Numbered from the stretch's first letter, positions 16,160 through 25,428 are shown. The stretch: DNA of 38,077 nt from Candidatus Aenigmarchaeota archaeon ex4484_224 (GCA_002254545.1 NJEA01000003.1:1-38077), one strand, 5' to 3'. Program-made: numbers and translations. Notes: generated by a model from the sequence alone, not told the origin.

Positions 16160-17917
16160 CTACAAAGGAACTTTAAAATGACTATTCAATAATCCAATTA
16201 TTTCTAACCAATATATAGCTGTAACATTAAAGTAAAACTTTGTAAATCTATCTTTGAATGCATGTTCATAAGGAGTTTTTGCTGCGAAAAAAGCAATCTG
16301 CCATCCAAGATTATTTAAAATAGAAGAAAATTTTTGAATTGTTTTTTCAACTTTATATGTTTTTTTAATTTTTCCAACCTCTTCACTACTTTCTAAAGAC
16401 ATTTGTTCAAAACCACCATTTTGGAAAATTAATGGATATTCGCTAGATAAAACCTTTGAAATTTCTACTTCTTTTCCTTCAAGCAAACCAAATTCTCCCA
16501 AAAGCAAACCAATTTCTTTTTCAAGTTTTTTATCTATTGCTTTTAATTCAAGCATATGACCCAAAATTATATTTTGAGTTTTAAGATAAGCTTTAAAAGT
16601 ATTTATTTCAAAATCTTCTAACTCTGCACCATTTGGCAGTTTAATCATCGTTCTCATGATTGGTATATCTAGAAAAACAAAGTAAGGAGAAAATGGCCAA
16701 ATTTCATGTGTTTGAGTTTCTTCAATTTTGTAAGTATAATAAGAGCTCAATTCCTTAATTGCTTCATAAACGTCATAAGGAGTAATTATAACCTGATATT
16801 TCTTTTCAATTCTTTTAACAATATCTCTTAAAACAGAATCTACTGCTTTAGGAATTGGCAAAGCATTAATTTCATTCTTAAAGGTTTCTCCTTTTGCTTC
16901 AACGATTTTTTTAATATATTCAATTTCTTTTTTTGTAAATCCTGCTTTTTCTAAAGAAATTGTTGTAGAAGGAGATTCTGTTGGAGGTCTGTATTTTTCA
17001 TAGGGCAAAATTGGCCTCCATGCCCAAATTCTCATAAAATCTATGCTGAAAGCTTGGGCATCTGGTCTAAAAAATAACTTTTTTGTAGTAGCTCTCAAAT
17101 TTGGGCTTTCTAAAGCATCAGAAATCATTTTATACCTTGCAATTAATGGTTTAACCATTTTCTTATATTCCTCAACAGAAGCTCTCCTAGCATTAACTAA
17201 ACTTAAAAGCCTTTGATATCTATTTTTAACAGTTTCAAAAAACATTTTTTTCCATTCAACGAAAAGTTTATTTTTTGTCGCTAAAATAACTCCTTCAGCT
17301 TCAGTAACTTGCAATTTCTCAGCAATTTTTTTAGGATCGATATCTTCATCATTTAACTTCATAAAATCTGAAATTATAGTTGGCCATCTAATTGCTATAG
17401 ATCTCATAGAAATTCCTTCTCCAGTATGAACATCTACCATATCTATAAAAATCGATCTTAAAGTTTGATTTCCTTCTAAAATTAATTTCTTTCCTTCTTC
17501 TTCTTTTCCTTCTTTTATTAACTTTTTTCCTTCCTCTATTTTATTGAAATAATCCATATATTCTTTGTATTTTCTTAAATCATGTTCACCTAATTCCAAA
17601 TCAGAAATTGCATTTGCAATGCTTGCTAAATGCGCTTTAATTTTATTTTGAAGTTCTTCTCTTTGAGAAATTGTTAAATCAAAATAAGGTTTATTTACTG
17701 GAGAAACGTATATCCATTCATCAAGCTTATATCTAACAAATCCTCTTTTTGGCAAATAAGTTGAAATTTTGTAGTAAGCTGCTGTTCCAGAACCAGGTGG
17801 TCCAGTATAATTTAATAAAATGTTTTGGTTTAAAGGAACGACATTAATGCCAGTACCTGGCTTTAAATCACCACTCCAATCAGGAAATGGACCTTCTGGA
17901 TATATATCTCTTTCCAT
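16160..17917 (-). CDS. Hypothetical protein (585 aa) with coiled-coil segments
   Basis: Long ORF in operon context with heptad-like helices (QREELQNKIKAHLASIANAISDLE; YQRLLSLVNARRASVEEYKK). No catalytic motif recognised. Confidence 0.75.
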   Translation of the reverse strand: MERDIYPEGPFPDWSGDLKPGTGINVVPLNQNILLNYTGPPGSGTAAYYKISTYLPKRGFVRYKLDEWIYVSPVNKPYFDLTISQREELQNKIKAHLASIANAISDLELGEHDLRKYKEYMDYFNKIEEGKKLIKEGKEEEGKKLILEGNQTLRSIFIDMVDVHTGEGISMRSIAIRWPTIISDFMKLNDEDIDPKKIAEKLQVTEAEGVILATKNKLFVEWKKMFFETVKNRYQRLLSLVNARRASVEEYKKMVKPLIARYKMISDALESPNLRATTKKLFFRPDAQAFSIDFMRIWAWRPILPYEKYRPPTESPSTTISLEKAGFTKKEIEYIKKIVEAKGETFKNEINALPIPKAVDSVLRDIVKRIEKKYQVIITPYDVYEAIKELSSYYTYKIEETQTHEIWPFSPYFVFLDIPIMRTMIKLPNGAELEDFEINTFKAYLKTQNIILGHMLELKAIDKKLEKEIGLLLGEFGLLEGKEVEISKVLSSEYPLIFQNGGFEQMSLESSEEVGKIKKTYKVEKTIQKFSSILNNLGWQIAFFAAKTPYEHAFKDRFTKFYFNVTAIYWLEIIGLLNSHFKVPL

Positions 17918-17948
17918 AATTTAATTTTGATTTTTCTGTTAATTATGT

Positions 17949-18110
17949 TTAAAGTACAAAAAGAATTGCTCCTATAAGAACTAATAAAATTCCAAAGAAA
18001 ACTCCGGTTTTTGAAAAGGCTTCTAGTTGATAATCAAGAGTTCCTGGCATACCTATTATCATTCCTATTCCAGCTATTATCAAAATTATTCCAGCTATCT
18101 TATTCATCAT
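17949..18110 (-). CDS. Small two-TM membrane protein (53 aa), not in ORF track
   Basis: MMNKIAGIILIIAGIGMIIGMPGTLDYQLEAFSKTGVFFGILLVLIGAILFVL; the start overlaps the upstream stop (ATGA at 18107-18110). Confidence 0.75.
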   Translation of the reverse strand: MMNKIAGIILIIAGIGMIIGMPGTLDYQLEAFSKTGVFFGILLVLIGAILFVL

Positions 18111-18247
18111 ATTCCTACCATTGCTAAATAAACTAAAAGTGATGCCAATAAAAATTGAAGTGAAAATGCTCTAAAAGATTTTGAATTAAAAGAAGCGAAA
18201 AAGAGAAAAATTGAAAAAAATAGAAGCAAAATATTTAGCAAATCCAT
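18107..18247 (-). CDS. Small two-TM membrane protein (46 aa), not in ORF track
   Basis: MDLLNILLLFFSIFLFFASFNSKSFRAFSLQFLLASLLVYLAMVGI; coupled by an ATGA overlap to the 53-aa ORF. Confidence 0.7.
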   Translation of the reverse strand: MDLLNILLLFFSIFLFFASFNSKSFRAFSLQFLLASLLVYLAMVGI

Positions 18248-18278
18248 AAATTTAATTACAAAAATTAAAAATTAATTT

Positions 18279-18827
18279 ATGCCTATTTTTGCTAGAACTA
18301 AGCTTGTAATACAAGATGATTGTTTTAGTTATACTCCAGGAAGTCCATATCCTGGAATTTCTTATGCAACAATTAATTACGAAGGTCCAAATCCCCATAA
18401 AATTTATCCAATAATTAAAAAAATTGTTGCACAGCAATTGCAAGTTGATGAAAGAGATATACAAGAGAAAGAAGTTAATTGGGATAGGAGTTCTGAAGTT
18501 GAAAGATTTAGTTTTAGCATAGAAGCTGTAAAGGAATTTGATAGTTTTACTTATATGTATATCAAAGTTGATGTAAAGGGAGAGGCTAAACCTAGTAAAA
18601 ACTTTGAAAGAGAAGGAAAGCTAAATATTAAAATTGAACCAATTTTAAGAACAGAATATCCTCAAGATACCATGTGGCAAAGATCAATTTTTTATGAATT
18701 TTTTAGGATGCTTTTCCATAAGCTTATTTATAAAGATACTAGATTAAGATATCTTGAAAAATGTAGAGATTTGGGAATTAGATTGCAATTAGAAATTAAG
18801 AAATTTTTGAATACATTAAGTGAGTAA
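18279..18827 (+). CDS. Hypothetical alpha/beta protein, paralog A
   Basis: 182-aa ORF that aligns end to end by eye with the next ORF. Confidence 0.8.
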   Translation: MPIFARTKLVIQDDCFSYTPGSPYPGISYATINYEGPNPHKIYPIIKKIVAQQLQVDERDIQEKEVNWDRSSEVERFSFSIEAVKEFDSFTYMYIKVDVKGEAKPSKNFEREGKLNIKIEPILRTEYPQDTMWQRSIFYEFFRMLFHKLIYKDTRLRYLEKCRDLGIRLQLEIKKFLNTLSE

Positions 18828-18828
18828 A

Positions 18829-19326
18829 ATGGCCTCTTGGGTTTTAATAGACGAATGTTTAGCTCCTCAAAGGTTTATAGTTATAAATTTTAAGGGAAAA
18901 GATCCTTTCAATGCTTATAGAGTTACTCAACAAATTTTAAGAGAAACTTTACAAATCGGAAGTTCAAAATATTATGAACTAGAATTTAGGTGGGATATAA
19001 CTACAGATCCAAGAGAATTTTTTATAAGAGTAAGTGCTGAAAAGCCATTTGCATGGAGAACAAAAGGAGTATTTGAAGTAATGATGCATGGATATCAACC
19101 TAGCGATAAAAACAATCCAAATGGCAGACTTACTCTAAAAATTTCTTCTAAGCTAGTAACTGAATACAAATTAAATACTGCATTTCAAAAGACAAAATTT
19201 TACAAAGCTTTATTGCATATGTATAACTTTTTATTTTTGTATAGAGTTAGAAGAAAACATTTGGATGCTTGTAGAAAATTAACTTTTGAAATTGAAAGAA
19301 AATTTAGAGAGGTTCTAGGAATTTAA
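18829..19326 (+). CDS. Hypothetical alpha/beta protein, paralog B
   Basis: ATG 18829 lies 1 nt after the upstream stop (the track uses GTG 18820). Shares D.C, IN..G..P...Y, E...WD, G.L..KI...L.TEY, Q...FY and CR.L with paralog A. Confidence 0.8.
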   Translation: MASWVLIDECLAPQRFIVINFKGKDPFNAYRVTQQILRETLQIGSSKYYELEFRWDITTDPREFFIRVSAEKPFAWRTKGVFEVMMHGYQPSDKNNPNGRLTLKISSKLVTEYKLNTAFQKTKFYKALLHMYNFLFLYRVRRKHLDACRKLTFEIERKFREVLGI

Positions 19327-19349
19327 ATTTTAAAATTTAAATTTAAATC

Positions 19350-19922
19350 ATGTGCAAACTTTTTCTAGATATCTTAAAAAATCCTACCAAAACAATAAAG
19401 AAAGAAAAGAATAGAAAAAATGAAAAGGAAATTGCTAGCATGCTAATAGTTGAAGCTATTTTACTAGCAATTTCTTTTGTACCATTAGTAAGAACTTCTT
19501 TAACAAGCTATACAGAAATTTCAGCTTTTGTTATAACATTAGCAGTAATTTTGATAGTAGGAATTTTAATAGAAAGCTACATTCTAAATTTGGTTTTTAA
19601 AGTGTTTTCTGACAAAGGAAAATTCTTCCTTTCTCTTAAATCAATTGTATTAGCTTTATATCCAATTTCAGTAGGAACTTTAATTTCAGTTTATCTAATA
19701 AACTTTTTAACTTCACTATATCTAATTTCAGCAATAATAGAAACTATACTTGTAGCTTTTGGTCTTTCACTATTTTTCAGAAGCTTAAAAGAATTTTACA
19801 ATGAAAGCTATATAGTAATCTACATAATAACAATCTTAATTTCGATGGCAATACTTGCAGGAATGTACACAATTATCTTCACAAGAATTTCATCAATTCC
19901 TTCTACTCCTTTTCTTTTTTAA
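19350..19922 (+). CDS. Yip1-domain-like polytopic membrane protein
   Basis: N-terminal ILKNPTKTIK motif, about five hydrophobic helices, KGKF and SLKEFY loops, as in prokaryotic Yip1 proteins. Confidence 0.6.
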   Translation: MCKLFLDILKNPTKTIKKEKNRKNEKEIASMLIVEAILLAISFVPLVRTSLTSYTEISAFVITLAVILIVGILIESYILNLVFKVFSDKGKFFLSLKSIVLALYPISVGTLISVYLINFLTSLYLISAIIETILVAFGLSLFFRSLKEFYNESYIVIYIITILISMAILAGMYTIIFTRISSIPSTPFLF

Positions 19923-19945
19923 TTTTTTGAAAGAAAGTTTAATTT

Positions 19946-21091
19946 ATGATAATTGGATTAGTTGGAAAACCTTCAGCTGGAAAAAGTAGTTTTTTCAAAG
20001 CTGCAACTATGATAGAAGTTGCAATTAGCTCAATTCCTTTTACAACCATTAAGCCAAATGTTGGAATTGCTTATGTAAGCATAGATTGTGTTTGTAAAGA
20101 GTTTGGAGTTAAATGTAATCCTAGGCAAGGATTTTGTTTAAATGGAAAAAGATTTATTCCTATTAAATTGATCGATGTTGGAGGTCTAATTCCTGGAAGT
20201 CATTTGGGAAGAGGAATTGGAAATAAATTTTTAGATGAGCTAAGACAAGCAGATGGTTTAATTCAAATTGTTGATTTATCTGGATTGACAGATGAAGAAG
20301 GAAAGCCAACAAGCAATTTTGATCCAGAAATTGAGATAAAATTTTTGGAGGATGAAATTAATAAATGGTTTTATGAAGTGATTGAAAGAAATTTGAAAAA
20401 AATTAGGAATTGGAAAAGGATGGATAAAAATGAATTGAAAAATAAACTTTTTGAATTACTTTCTGGATTGCAAGTTAAAAAAGAGCATATTGAAATCGCT
20501 TTGGAAGAAGTTGGAATCGAAAATTTGGAAGAATTTTCTAAAAGATTGAGAGAATTAGCAAAGCCAATCTTGATTTGTGGAAATAAAATTGATTTGAAAG
20601 AAGCTCAAAAAAATTATGAAAGATTGAAAGAAAAATATAAGAATTTGATTCCTGTAAGTGCTGAAGCTGAAATTGCTTTAAAGAAAGCTGCAAAGCTTGG
20701 ATTAATCAATTATTTGCCTGGAAATGGATTTGAAATAAAAGGAATTTTGAATGAAGCTCAAAGAAAAGGATTGGAAAAAATAAAAGAAATAATTAAAAAA
20801 TTTGGATCAACTGGAGTGCAAGAATGTTTAAATAAAATTGTTTTTGAAATTTTGAATTTTATTGCTGTATATCCTGTTGCTGATGTCAATAAATTAACTG
20901 ATAAAAAAGGAAATGTTTTGCCAGATGTTTTTTTGGTTGAAAAAGGAACTAAATTAAAAGAATTTGCTTTTAAAATTCATTCTGAAATTGGAGAAAAATT
21001 TATAGCTGGAATTGATGCTAGAACAAAAAGAAAATTAAGTGGTGATTATGAGCTTAAGCATAGAGATGTAATTGAAATTAAACATAGATGA
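19946..21091 (+). CDS. ychF: Archaeal YchF/Obg-family translation-associated GTPase with TGS domain
   Basis: GKPSAGKS, PFTTIKPN, DVGGL, G.G.GNKFLD.LR, NKID, C-terminal TGS domain. Confidence 0.92.
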   Translation: MIIGLVGKPSAGKSSFFKAATMIEVAISSIPFTTIKPNVGIAYVSIDCVCKEFGVKCNPRQGFCLNGKRFIPIKLIDVGGLIPGSHLGRGIGNKFLDELRQADGLIQIVDLSGLTDEEGKPTSNFDPEIEIKFLEDEINKWFYEVIERNLKKIRNWKRMDKNELKNKLFELLSGLQVKKEHIEIALEEVGIENLEEFSKRLRELAKPILICGNKIDLKEAQKNYERLKEKYKNLIPVSAEAEIALKKAAKLGLINYLPGNGFEIKGILNEAQRKGLEKIKEIIKKFGSTGVQECLNKIVFEILNFIAVYPVADVNKLTDKKGNVLPDVFLVEKGTKLKEFAFKIHSEIGEKFIAGIDARTKRKLSGDYELKHRDVIEIKHR

Positions 21092-21124
21092 TTAATTTAT
21101 TTTTCAATTCATAGATATCCAATT

Positions 21125-22468
21125 ATGGAATATCCTAAAGAAATTGAAAATTTTTTGAAAAAGAAAAAAATTGAAGTTGGAGATTTAATTGAAATTAGAA
21201 AGAAAGATGGGAAAATACTAAAAGGAATTTTAATGCCAAGAATTGAGCTCGGAAATAAAAATTCTTTGATAATTAAGCTTGAAAATGGATATAATTTGGG
21301 AATTGATTGGGAAGAAATTTTGGAAATTGAAAAAATTGAAAAAATTTGGAAATTGAAAAAAGAAAAAGAAGTTAAAGAAGATAAAATTGAGTTTAGGAAA
21401 GATTTTAAATGGATATCAATTTTATCGACTGGAGGTACAATAGCGAGCAAAATTGATTATAGAAGTGGTGGAGTTTATGCTTCCTTTTCTGCAAAAGAAA
21501 TAGTTCAACAAATTCCAGATTTAAAAGAAATTGCAAACTTGAAAGTTAAACAAATAATGCAAAAAATGAGCGAAGATATGCTTCCAGAAGATTGGAAAAT
21601 TATTGCTAAAGAAGTTGCAAAAGAAATTAATGATGGAAAAGAAGGAGTAATTGTTACTCATGGAACAGATACTTTGCATTTTACTAGTGCTGCTTTAAGC
21701 TTTATGCTTCAAAATTTAACTAAGCCAGTTGCATTAGTTGGTTCTCAAAGAAGTTCTGATAGAGGAAGTAGTGATGCTGTTATGAATGTAAGCTGTGCTG
21801 CAAATTTTTTGGTTAATAGCGATGTTGCTGAAGTTTTAGTTATAATGCATGGTTCTATAAATGATGATTACTGTTTTGCTATAAGAGGAACTAAAGTTAG
21901 AAAAATGCATACTTCAAGAAGAGATGCATTTAGACCTATAAATGATTTACCAATAGCAAAAATTTATTGGAAAACTAAAAAGATTGAAATTTTGAATGAA
22001 AATTATAGAAAAAAAAGAGAAGGAAAAGTTAAAGTTGATGATAAGCTGGAAGAAAAAGTTGCTTTAATAAAAGTATATCCAGGTTTTGAGCCAAAAATTT
22101 TCGATTTTTACATAAAAGAGGGATATAAGGGATTTGTAATTGAAGGAACTGGTTTAGGGCATGTACCAACATTTAGCAAAAAATCTATAATTCCAAAAAT
22201 TGAAAATGCGATAAATTCTGGAATTCCTATAGTAATAACTTCTCAATGCTTATATGGAAAAACACATCCAACAATTTATCATAACTTAAGAGAATTGTAT
22301 AAGAGAGGAGTAATTTTTGTTGAAGATATGCTTCCAGAAGTTGCTTATGTAAAGCTTATGTGGGTTCTTGGGCATACCAAAAAAATGGAAAAAATTAAAG
22401 AGTTAATGCAAAAGAATATTGCTGGAGAAATTAGTGAAAAATTAAAATTAGAAACTTTTCTTTATTGA
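21125..22468 (+). CDS. gatD: Glu-tRNA(Gln) amidotransferase subunit D
   Basis: KLENGYNLG, STGGTIASKIDY, THGTDT, GSQRSSDR, KMHTSRRDAF. Confidence 0.97.
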   Translation: MEYPKEIENFLKKKKIEVGDLIEIRKKDGKILKGILMPRIELGNKNSLIIKLENGYNLGIDWEEILEIEKIEKIWKLKKEKEVKEDKIEFRKDFKWISILSTGGTIASKIDYRSGGVYASFSAKEIVQQIPDLKEIANLKVKQIMQKMSEDMLPEDWKIIAKEVAKEINDGKEGVIVTHGTDTLHFTSAALSFMLQNLTKPVALVGSQRSSDRGSSDAVMNVSCAANFLVNSDVAEVLVIMHGSINDDYCFAIRGTKVRKMHTSRRDAFRPINDLPIAKIYWKTKKIEILNENYRKKREGKVKVDDKLEEKVALIKVYPGFEPKIFDFYIKEGYKGFVIEGTGLGHVPTFSKKSIIPKIENAINSGIPIVITSQCLYGKTHPTIYHNLRELYKRGVIFVEDMLPEVAYVKLMWVLGHTKKMEKIKELMQKNIAGEISEKLKLETFLY

Positions 22469-22469
22469 T

Positions 22470-23396
22470 TTATTCAACAAAAATTGCATCATCTATTATC
22501 ATATCCGAATCTCTATCTAATGGCAAAACAAGTTTTGCAATTATTTTGCTATTATATTTATTTCCTTTAGCAACTTCGTCATAATGTTTCATTACTGCTA
22601 AAGTTGCAGCTCTTGTACCTTTAAATCTTTTTCCTGCTAAAACTAAAATCCATGATTTTTTATTAAAAGGATTTTTCATTTTAACAACAATTCCGATATC
22701 ATCTTCAAAGTAATATTTTTTAGATAAACTAGAATAAACAGCCCATTCTTTTTCTTTTACAAATTTAATTGGCAGTTTTTCATTTATTTTATCAATCCAT
22801 ATGTTAACTTTAGGACCACCAACCAAAATTAAATTTTTTTTCAAATCATCTTTTGTAATTTGGGTATCAAGTTTGTAATTTATGATTGGACTTTGGTTAG
22901 AAATTCTTCCTAAAAAAAGTGCTAAATCAATAGCTGCATATCCATCACTAGCTCTTGCCCCATATTTGCCATGAGGATCTGGCGAACCCACAACTATAAG
23001 AGAATTAAATTTTCCATTTCTAACAAAAGGTTCAAAAAAATCAATTCTAACCAAAGATTTTTTTGGAGCAATTAATTTTGGTTCATCTATTAATTTAAAA
23101 GAAAAAACTGGATATTTTAAAGAATAAATTTTAGCAACAGCGCCAACTCTTTCCTCTTTCTTCACTAATTTTATTATTCCAAGCTTCTCTAACTTTCTAA
23201 TGTAATAGTATATCTTTTGTTCATGAACTTTCAATTCCCTAGCTATATCCATTGCACAACTTGGCTTTTTATAAATAAGCTTTAAAATTTTAATCGCTAA
23301 AGGGTTTGAAAGAATTTCTAAAGCTTTTGAATTTTTAATTTCTAGACTTTCGTAAATTTTTTCCTTCGAATCAGTTTCTTCGACAAAATATTCCAT
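22470..23396 (-). CDS. ArsR-like winged-HTH transcriptional regulator with a C-terminal alpha/beta domain
   Basis: LSNPLAIKIL..I...PSCAMDIARELKVHEQKIYYYIRKLEKLGII; the C-domain has VVGSPDPHG, NLILVGGP.VN and LAG....GTRAA. Confidence 0.8.
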   Translation of the reverse strand: MEYFVEETDSKEKIYESLEIKNSKALEILSNPLAIKILKLIYKKPSCAMDIARELKVHEQKIYYYIRKLEKLGIIKLVKKEERVGAVAKIYSLKYPVFSFKLIDEPKLIAPKKSLVRIDFFEPFVRNGKFNSLIVVGSPDPHGKYGARASDGYAAIDLALFLGRISNQSPIINYKLDTQITKDDLKKNLILVGGPKVNIWIDKINEKLPIKFVKEKEWAVYSSLSKKYYFEDDIGIVVKMKNPFNKKSWILVLAGKRFKGTRAATLAVMKHYDEVAKGNKYNSKIIAKLVLPLDRDSDMIIDDAIFVE

Positions 23397-23438
23397 AAAA
23401 ACTAGATTATAGTATTTTAAATAAATTTTTAATGGTCT

Positions 23439-23455
23439 AAAGAAAATTTTTCTTT
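23439..23455. promoter_or_regulatory. Palindrome AAAGAAAA-T-TTTTCTTT, candidate operator
   Basis: Perfect 8-bp inverted repeat in the divergent spacer between the regulator and the glmS operon. It is AT-rich, so chance is possible. Confidence 0.35.
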
Positions 23456-23533
23456 TTTACCAAATCAAAAGCTAAATAGTTAGTTTCAATTTTTAAGATT
23501 GTTTTATAAATTCTTAAGTAAATTGAGAAAATT

Positions 23534-23659
23534 ATGAGATGTCCAAAATGTGGTTCAGAAAACATTTTAATAACAAATGGAAGTTATCCAAACTCTTATG
23601 AATGTTTAGATTGTGGGTTTACTTTTGTTAAAATGGTAAATGCTCTAATAGATGAATAA
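23534..23659 (+). CDS. Zinc-ribbon microprotein (41 aa), not in ORF track
   Basis: MRCPKCGSENILITNGSYPNSYECLDCGFTFVKMVNALIDE has two CxxC motifs and stops 2 nt before the glmS ATG. Confidence 0.8.
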   Translation: MRCPKCGSENILITNGSYPNSYECLDCGFTFVKMVNALIDE

Positions 23660-23661
23660 AC

Positions 23662-25428
23662 ATGTGTGGAATCTTTGGATATATTGGATTTAGAAAAGCT
23701 TCTCCAATTTTACTTAAAGGAATTAAAAGGCTTGAATATAGAGGATATGATTCTTGTGGAATAGCTACTTTAAGCAAGAAAATTTTTGTTAAAAAAGGAA
23801 AAGGAAAAATTGATGAAGTTAATAAAATTTTGAATTTTTTAAGTTTGCCGGGAAATTTGGGAATTGCTCATACTAGATGGGCAACTCATGGAAAAGTTAA
23901 CGATATAAATGCACATCCTCATTTAGATTGTTCTAAAAAAATTGCAATTGTTCATAATGGAATAATTGAAAATTTTTTGGAAATTAGGAAAATGCTTGAA
24001 AGGAAAGGACATAAATTTGAAAGTGAAACTGATAGTGAAGTAATTGCTCATTATGTAGAAGAATTAATGAAAGAAGGATATAGCTTTGAAGAAGCTTCTA
24101 GATTTGTTTTTTTGAATTTAAAAGGAAGTTTTGCAATTCTAGCTATAAATGAAAATGAAGAAAAAATAATTGCCATAAGAAAAGATTCTCCTTTAGTTTT
24201 GGGAATTGGTGAAAATGAGTTTTTTATTTCTAGCGATATACCTGCTTTACTTGAATTTACAAACAAAGTTGTTTATTTATCAAATTACGATTTTGTTGTT
24301 TTAACAAAGAATTCTTTTAAAATTGAAAATTTAGTTGGAAAGAAAAGGAAAATTGAAATTGAAGAAATTTCTTTTGGAATAGAAGATGTTGAAAAGGGAA
24401 ATTATGAGCACTATATGATTAAAGAAATTTTGGAACAAAGTCAAACAATTAAAAGAGCAATCTTGCAAAATAAAGAAAAAATTGAAAATTTTGCAAAAGA
24501 AATTAAAAAAGCAAAAAAGATCTTTTTAGTTGCTGCTGGAACCTCTTATCATGCAAGCTTAGCTGCTTCTTACATTTTTTCAAAGTATAACAAAATTTTT
24601 GCCTCAGCAATTTTAGCTAGCGAATTTAAACATTTTGTAAATTCTTTAAACAAAAATGATTTGATAATAGCAATTTCTCAAAGTGGAGAAACTGCAGATG
24701 TTTTAGAAGCTGTTAGAATTGCAAAGAAAAAAGGAATTAAAGTTTTAGCTATAACAAATGTAAATGGTTCTTCGCTAACAAAAGAAGCTGATGATTATTT
24801 GTTGATGAATGCTGGAATTGAAATTGGAGTAGCTGCAACAAAAACTTATGTTTCACAACTTTCTTTAATAATTTTACTTTCTTATGCATTGAATGGAAAA
24901 TTGGAAGATGGAATTAACAAATTAAAAGCGATTTCTGATATTTCTTTAGAATTAACAGCAAAAAGTTTTAGAGAATATGTTAAAAAAATTGCTGAAAAAT
25001 TGAAGGAAAAAGAACATATATTTTTGATTGGAAGAGGTTTAGAATTTGTAACTGCTTTAGAAGCTGCTTTAAAAATAAAAGAAATTTCTTACATTCATGC
25101 TGAAGCTTTTGCTGGTGGTGAAATAAAACATGGAACAATTGCTTTGATAGAAAATGAAACTCCAGTAATTGTTTTTGATTCTAAAGAAAATCATGATGAA
25201 ATAATTTCTAATGCAATTGAATTAAAAGCAAGAGGAGCTTTTATAATTGGAGTTAGTTCAAAAAGAAATGAAGTTTTTGATATTTGGTTAAAAGTTCCTG
25301 AAAATGGAATTGCAAATTGTATTTTGCAAATAATTCCTATGCAATTACTTGCTTATTATTTAGCTAAGATAAGAGGTTATGATCCTGATAAACCAAGAAA
25401 TTTAGCTAAAAGTGTAACGGTGAAATGA
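23662..25428 (+). CDS. glmS: Glutamine--fructose-6-phosphate transaminase (isomerizing)
   Basis: MCGIFG, LEYRGYDS, AHTRWATHG, HNGIIEN, SQSGETAD, PRNLAKSVTV. Confidence 0.98.
   Translation: MCGIFGYIGFRKASPILLKGIKRLEYRGYDSCGIATLSKKIFVKKGKGKIDEVNKILNFLSLPGNLGIAHTRWATHGKVNDINAHPHLDCSKKIAIVHNGIIENFLEIRKMLERKGHKFESETDSEVIAHYVEELMKEGYSFEEASRFVFLNLKGSFAILAINENEEKIIAIRKDSPLVLGIGENEFFISSDIPALLEFTNKVVYLSNYDFVVLTKNSFKIENLVGKKRKIEIEEISFGIEDVEKGNYEHYMIKEILEQSQTIKRAILQNKEKIENFAKEIKKAKKIFLVAAGTSYHASLAASYIFSKYNKIFASAILASEFKHFVNSLNKNDLIIAISQSGETADVLEAVRIAKKKGIKVLAITNVNGSSLTKEADDYLLMNAGIEIGVAATKTYVSQLSLIILLSYALNGKLEDGINKLKAISDISLELTAKSFREYVKKIAEKLKEKEHIFLIGRGLEFVTALEAALKIKEISYIHAEAFAGGEIKHGTIALIENETPVIVFDSKENHDEIISNAIELKARGAFIIGVSSKRNEVFDIWLKVPENGIANCILQIIPMQLLAYYLAKIRGYDPDKPRNLAKSVTVK

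Noticed and set aside
14160-18464. ORFs 14160-14354(-), 14213-14536(+), 15296-15604(+), 18252-18464(-)
   Set aside because: Alternative-frame or antisense shadows of longer genes.
23397-23661. glmS ribozyme upstream of glmS
   Set aside because: The region is AT-rich without the needed paired elements and is mostly occupied by the zinc-ribbon ORF.
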